From the NCBI GenBank assembly GCA_963829525.1, contig CAWHIJ010000003.1, forward strand, positions 2,752,001 to 2,816,000: a stretch of DNA of 64,000 bases, read 5' to 3'. The DNA comes from an uncultured Actinomycetota bacterium (GTDB taxonomy: Bacteria; Actinomycetota; Actinomycetes; JAHEKZ01). The notes under the pieces were generated by a model. It was given only the letters and a program-made list of their open reading frames with translations, did no database searches and was not told the origin of the DNA. Position 1 is the first letter of the stretch; every line of letters begins with the position of its first letter. The position numbers were made by a program, and so were the translations under genes. Shown here piece after piece: positions 59,552-64,000 of this stretch.

Positions 59552-60950
59552 TGATGGTGAAGTCGGTGGCGGCCAACGATTTCGGCAGGTCATCCATCAG
59601 CAGATGTGCGGTGTAATCCCCGGTTGGTAGCGGCCACTTCTTGGGATGCGAGACCTCGTCGAAGATCAGCTGCCCTTCGACGGTTGCACCTGTCGCCGCC
59701 GTCAGGGACGGTTTCGCCGCACCCGGCACTGCGCCCCGTCGGTAGATCGCAACCCAGTCGGCCCGGTTTCCCGGTGACCAGGTCCATTGGACGTCGACCG
59801 CCTCACCTGCGGCGTAGTGCGGAGAGCCAGTCGTCACATCCGGTGTGGCGCCAACCGCAGCAATCCAGAGTGTCGACCTGGCGACCTCTCCACGAGCATC
59901 GTCCGCGGCAACGAGATCGAACACTCCGACCCCAAGGGTGGCGGTGTCGAGTTGCCACACACTTGCGTCACCTCGAGGCAGCTCGACGAGTATTGCCTCC
60001 GCACTCCCACCTCGTGGAACGACCCGTAGGGCGGACAGTCGGTCGGCGATGGCCCGCACAATGACTTCGTCACCAACGACCGCCAGCCGCCGCGACACCG
60101 AGACCACCGTTGGGGGCTGAGCGGGAGTCAGGTGCAACGCCGCGAGCAATCCACGGTGGTCAGTGGGCCAGGGCGTCACCGACATCTCGCTGAACGGGGA
60201 CTCCTGCTCGCCGACGATCTGGATCCCAGCCACCGAGATATCCGGACTGACGTGCATGAAGTCGATCCGGTCTGGGCTCTGACCATCGGCAGCGGGGTTG
60301 TACCCCTCGACGAACGGACGCGCAGCTGGCCATGTGAGCCCAGGATGAGTCACCGGGTCGGGGTGGGCAGCGCGGTAGGCGTCCACCAATCCCGTCGTCT
60401 CCACCGCCACGCTCGTCGGCCAAGGGACGGCCTGCGTCACCTGCGGCAACGCACCTACCGCGGCCTCGGTCCAGTCGAGGTGCGACGGCGCGTTGAAGTC
60501 GCCGAGCAGGATGACCGGAACACCATCTCGCATCAGCAACACCGCGGCGTCCAGTGACGGCTGAAGCTCAGCGAGGCGCAGCCGCCGTTCCCGGCGGAGG
60601 ACCCGGCGCAGCGGTTCTCCCTTGGCGAGCCGAAACGGTCCGTAGCGGCGTGACGCCGGATGCACGTTCACGATCGCGACAACGCGACCCGGCTCTAGCT
60701 CCACGAACACCACACCCGCTGCCGGTACGGGCGGGTCGAGCAATGGCAGCTGTGACACCACCTGGGTGCGCACGTCGAAGTAGGGCCACCCAAGGTCCGC
60801 CGCAATCTCTGGTACCCGGCCACACCCTTCCTGAAGCGCCACAACCGACGCGCCGGACTTGTTGATCACCGCAATAACCGCCGCGAAGTCGACCCCGGTG
60901 CCGCCGTACTCGATGTTGAGCTGCAGAAGTTGCAGCGGCGTCACGGTCAC
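59547..60950 (-). CDS. Endonuclease/exonuclease/phosphatase (EEP) protein with C-terminal beta-sandwich-like domains
   Basis: LNIEYGG, VALQE, LGDFNAPSHLDW, GLVDAYR, DRIDF, WPTDH. Confidence 0.85.
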   Translation of the reverse strand: MTVTPLQLLQLNIEYGGTGVDFAAVIAVINKSGASVVALQEGCGRVPEIAADLGWPYFDVRTQVVSQLPLLDPPVPAAGVVFVELEPGRVVAIVNVHPASRRYGPFRLAKGEPLRRVLRRERRLRLAELQPSLDAAVLLMRDGVPVILLGDFNAPSHLDWTEAAVGALPQVTQAVPWPTSVAVETTGLVDAYRAAHPDPVTHPGLTWPAARPFVEGYNPAADGQSPDRIDFMHVSPDISVAGIQIVGEQESPFSEMSVTPWPTDHRGLLAALHLTPAQPPTVVSVSRRLAVVGDEVIVRAIADRLSALRVVPRGGSAEAILVELPRGDASVWQLDTATLGVGVFDLVAADDARGEVARSTLWIAAVGATPDVTTGSPHYAAGEAVDVQWTWSPGNRADWVAIYRRGAVPGAAKPSLTAATGATVEGQLIFDEVSHPKKWPLPTGDYTAHLLMDDLPKSLAATDFTIS

Positions 60951-61248
60951 GTGCGAATCCCCTTCGACGCGGTCCGGCCGCCCGGCCGGTGATGGAGACC
61001 CACGCTAAGGGCATGCCATCAGCTGCGGTCCCGGCAATGTCACCTTTTGGTATCCAACCGTGAACCTGGGGACGAATCGGTCGCGACCCTTCTACCCTGG
61101 CTCTACCCTGGCCCAGAAGAACAGCCCGAGGACACCCAGAGGACGTCGACTGTTCACCTCACCGTGTTGCCCTGGCGGCAACGAATGATCATGTCCTGAT
61201 CTACGACGCACCTAGGCTCACCGCGACACCCGCTCACCGGAGGAACAC

Positions 61249-63043
61249 ATGAACCGCACAGGCCGACGGCTCCTCGCTGTCGCTGGCATCGGCGCCGTTC
61301 TCGCGCTGGCGGTACCACTCTCCTCAGCGACATCGGCGTCCTCCTCAGAGGCAGAGCCCAAGGTCCTTCGGGTAGGCGTCCCCAACGACCTGACCACGGC
61401 AAACCCACTTTCCCTTCGCTCTGGAAGCGATTGGAACGTGGCAACCATCCAATACGACATGATGCTGCAGTTCGGCAACGAAGACCTCTCCCCGCAGCCG
61501 GGTCTTGCCGAGGGGTGCGAGCCCAACAACGACAAGACCGAGTGGACATGCACCCTTCAGGATGGCGTGCTCTGGAGCGACGGGGAGCCATTCACGTCGC
61601 AAGATGTCGCATTCACGTACAAGTTGGTGATCGACCAGGGAATCTCCACGTACGCCCAGTACTTCAGCGAGGGCACCACCTTCGAGACACCAGACGACAC
61701 CACGCTGATCTGGAAGTCACCAACGCCGACAAGCCAACCGCTGACCCCGCCCTGGATCTACATTCTTCCTGAGCACGTCTGGTCCCAGTACGCAGACCTC
61801 GACAAGGCCGATCTGCGCGCAGTTGAGAATGTGCCATCAGTCACCACCGGTCCGTTCACACTCACCGAGGTCAATCGGGGACAGAACTGGACGCTAACCA
61901 AGAACCCGAACTACTGGGGTGACGAGCCCAACTTCGACGAGATTCGTTTCCAGCTCTTCACCAACCAGGACGCGATGGCGCAGGCTCTTAAACAAGGCGA
62001 CATCGACGTGGCAACGTATCTCGAGTCGTCGCTGCTTCCCTCGCTCGACAGACGACACCAACATCACGGTCCAGCGCAACGTCTCCGACTGGTGGCTCAA
62101 CCTGGCCTTCAACTTCGGAGGCCAGAGCGCCGACGCCGACCCGCTACCCGCGCTTCAGGACAAGACCGTGCGGACGGCGATCGCGATGGCGATCGACAAG
62201 CAGGGCATCGTCGACAAGGCTTACGACGGAGCGGCTACCCCAGGGACGTCTCTGATCCGTGAAGTTCCCGCGCAGTGGCACTACGACGTGCCCGAAGAGG
62301 ACCAGTTTCCCTACGACCCGGACGCGGCCAACGCGATGCTCGACGACGCCGGGTACACCAGGGGCGGGGACGGAGTGCGCGTTGACCCAGCTACCGGCGA
62401 CCGGCTTTCACTCCGCATGCCCATCTCACAGGAGACCGCCGGGGCGCTGCCTGCCGGTCAGCTGATCGTCGGTTACCTCGATCAGATCGGGATCGAGGTC
62501 GAGATCCTGCCGGTGAACGAGGGGAAGATGTACTCGTATTGGAACACCGGTGACTGGGATGCCTACATCTGGTACTGGACCGGTGAACCGGATCCGAACT
62601 ACCAGCTCACGACCTTGATGTCTGACCAGTGCGGCGAGCTCAGCGACGGCTGCTGGAAGAACGCCGAGTACGACGCGCTCGTCAAGCAGCAGAAGACGAT
62701 CATCGACAGCGAAGAGCGGCAGGCGGTCGTCCACGATGCGCTCGCCCTCTCGTACGCCGAGTTGCCGTCGATCGCCCTCGCCTACCCGAACAACATCGAG
62801 GCCTATCGCAACGACCAAGTCACCAACTTCACACCCGTCCCGGGCGACGCCGGGTACCTCATCCCCAACTACAACAACGTCGGAATGGTGACCGTCGAGC
62901 CGGTGACGGGCAGCGGCGCGTCGAGCTCCGATTCGTCCGGCGGTATCCCACCCTGGGTGTGGGCCGCGTTGGTCGGAGCGGCAGCCGTCGCCGGCTTTGT
63001 CTCCTACCGTCGACGTTCACGTGTCGATGACGAAGAGGGCTAA
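61249..63043 (+). CDS. Peptide/nickel ABC transporter substrate-binding protein (family 5), C-terminally TM-anchored; indel near 62050
   Basis: WSDGEPFTSQDVAFTY, TGPFTL, NPNYWG, VRTAIAMAIDKQ, YDPDAANAMLDDAGY; C-terminal hydrophobic segment followed by RRRSR. Confidence 0.9.
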
Positions 63044-63062
63044 CCGTGACTAACGGCCGGCG

Positions 63063-64000
63063 ATGAGGGTTCGCTACGTCGCGCGAAAGCTCGGTTGGGC
63101 AGCAGTGACGCTGATGTTCGTCCTCTGCTTCAACTTCTTCCTCTTCCGGATCATGCCCGGGGATCCAGCCGGGCTGCTGGCTCGAAGCCAGCGCCTGACC
63201 GAGACCGAGATCGCCGAGCAACGGGCGATCTTCGGCCTCGACAAGCCACTCATATCCCAGTTCTGGACCTACCTGCAGGAGACGTTCACCGGAAACCTGG
63301 GGACGTCGTACCTGACCGGACAACCGGTGGTCGAGACCATTTCCAGCCGGGTGTGGCCGACGGTCCTTCTGGTTGGCGTCGGAACCTCGGTCGCCATCTG
63401 GCTCGGCCTCAAGATGGGCATCAAGGGTGGGTGGCGACGAGGGTCGGCCTTCGACCGAACGAGCCTCTACGGGTCGCTCACGCTGTACTCCACTCCTGAG
63501 GGGTGGCTGGGCATGATGTTGCTGATCATCTTTGCCGGTTCACTTGGATGGTTTCCCGTCGGCGGATATGACTCCGGCGAGGACCTCACCGGCATGGCGC
63601 ACGTCATCGACGTCGCCAAGCATCTCTTCCTTCCAGCAGCAACCCTCGCGCTTGGCTACGGGGCCTCGTACATGATCGTGATGCGTTCCTCGCTGCTCGA
63701 GGTAAAGGACGAGGACTTCGTCGCAACCGCAAGGGCGAAAGGACTCACCGAGACGATGGTGCGTCGACGTCACGCGGTTCCCAACGCATTCCTGCCCTCG
63801 TTCACCCTCATCGTGCTGAGTTTCGGGTTCGTCCTCGGTGGGTCGATCGTGATCGAGACGATCTTCTCCTACCCCGGGATCGGGCTGCTGACCTACCAGG
63901 CCATCGACGCCTTCGACTATCCGGTCCTCCAAGGGGTCTTCCTCATCAGCAGCGTGGCCGTCGTACTCGCCAATCTGTTGGCCGATGTCACCTACGGATT
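63063..64000 (+). CDS. ABC transporter permease (DppB/OppB-like), runs off the right edge
   Basis: MRVRYVARKLGW..FRIMPGDP; EAA-like loop EDFVATARAKGL..HAVPNA; IETIFSYPGIG..DYPVLQG. Confidence 0.9.
   Translation, partial: MRVRYVARKLGWAAVTLMFVLCFNFFLFRIMPGDPAGLLARSQRLTETEIAEQRAIFGLDKPLISQFWTYLQETFTGNLGTSYLTGQPVVETISSRVWPTVLLVGVGTSVAIWLGLKMGIKGGWRRGSAFDRTSLYGSLTLYSTPEGWLGMMLLIIFAGSLGWFPVGGYDSGEDLTGMAHVIDVAKHLFLPAATLALGYGASYMIVMRSSLLEVKDEDFVATARAKGLTETMVRRRHAVPNAFLPSFTLIVLSFGFVLGGSIVIETIFSYPGIGLLTYQAIDAFDYPVLQGVFLISSVAVVLANLLADVTYG

Noticed and set aside
61091-61112. TCTACCCTGGC x2 direct repeat upstream of the ABC operon as an operator or riboswitch
   Set aside because: It is a single short duplication with no second site and no recognisable riboswitch consensus.

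Overview
This is high-GC actinobacterial chromosomal DNA with about 55 genes. I found no rRNA, tRNA, CRISPR array or IS element. The right half (about 31-52 kb) follows the conserved actinobacterial block seen in M. tuberculosis Rv0861c-Rv0889c: citrate synthase 2, serC, MarR, DUF2530, DUF3027, cspB, an XPB-associated WYL protein and XPB. The left 20 kb is accessory and dominated by two sulfane-sulfur loci. Locus 1 (1-7.2 kb) is a DsrE-TusA-[4Fe-4S/NrfD fusion]-molybdopterin oxidoreductase operon with no visible Tat signal. It lies next to a rhodanese-persulfide dioxygenase, a SulP transporter and a two-Cys ArsR, and three related 22-bp operator-like boxes link these units. Locus 2 (16.4-19.8 kb) is a CstR-like regulator-rhodanese-PDO/rhodanese-rhodanese-TauE cluster with two ATACCCC-N2-GGGGTA operators. 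Locus 1 is the best candidate for an undescribed system. Other signals are a DUF222/HNH gene with a LexA box plus a PafBC-type promoter, an orphan ParA with an RHH partner, a 28-aa leaderless membrane peptide missed by the ORF track, seven 16-aa repeats in an RDD protein, a collapsed ccdA/tlpA remnant, and several repeats anchored on stop codons. Many genes, including housekeeping serC, carry single-base indels that are probably long-read consensus errors. All product calls come from motif recognition by eye, not from database searches.
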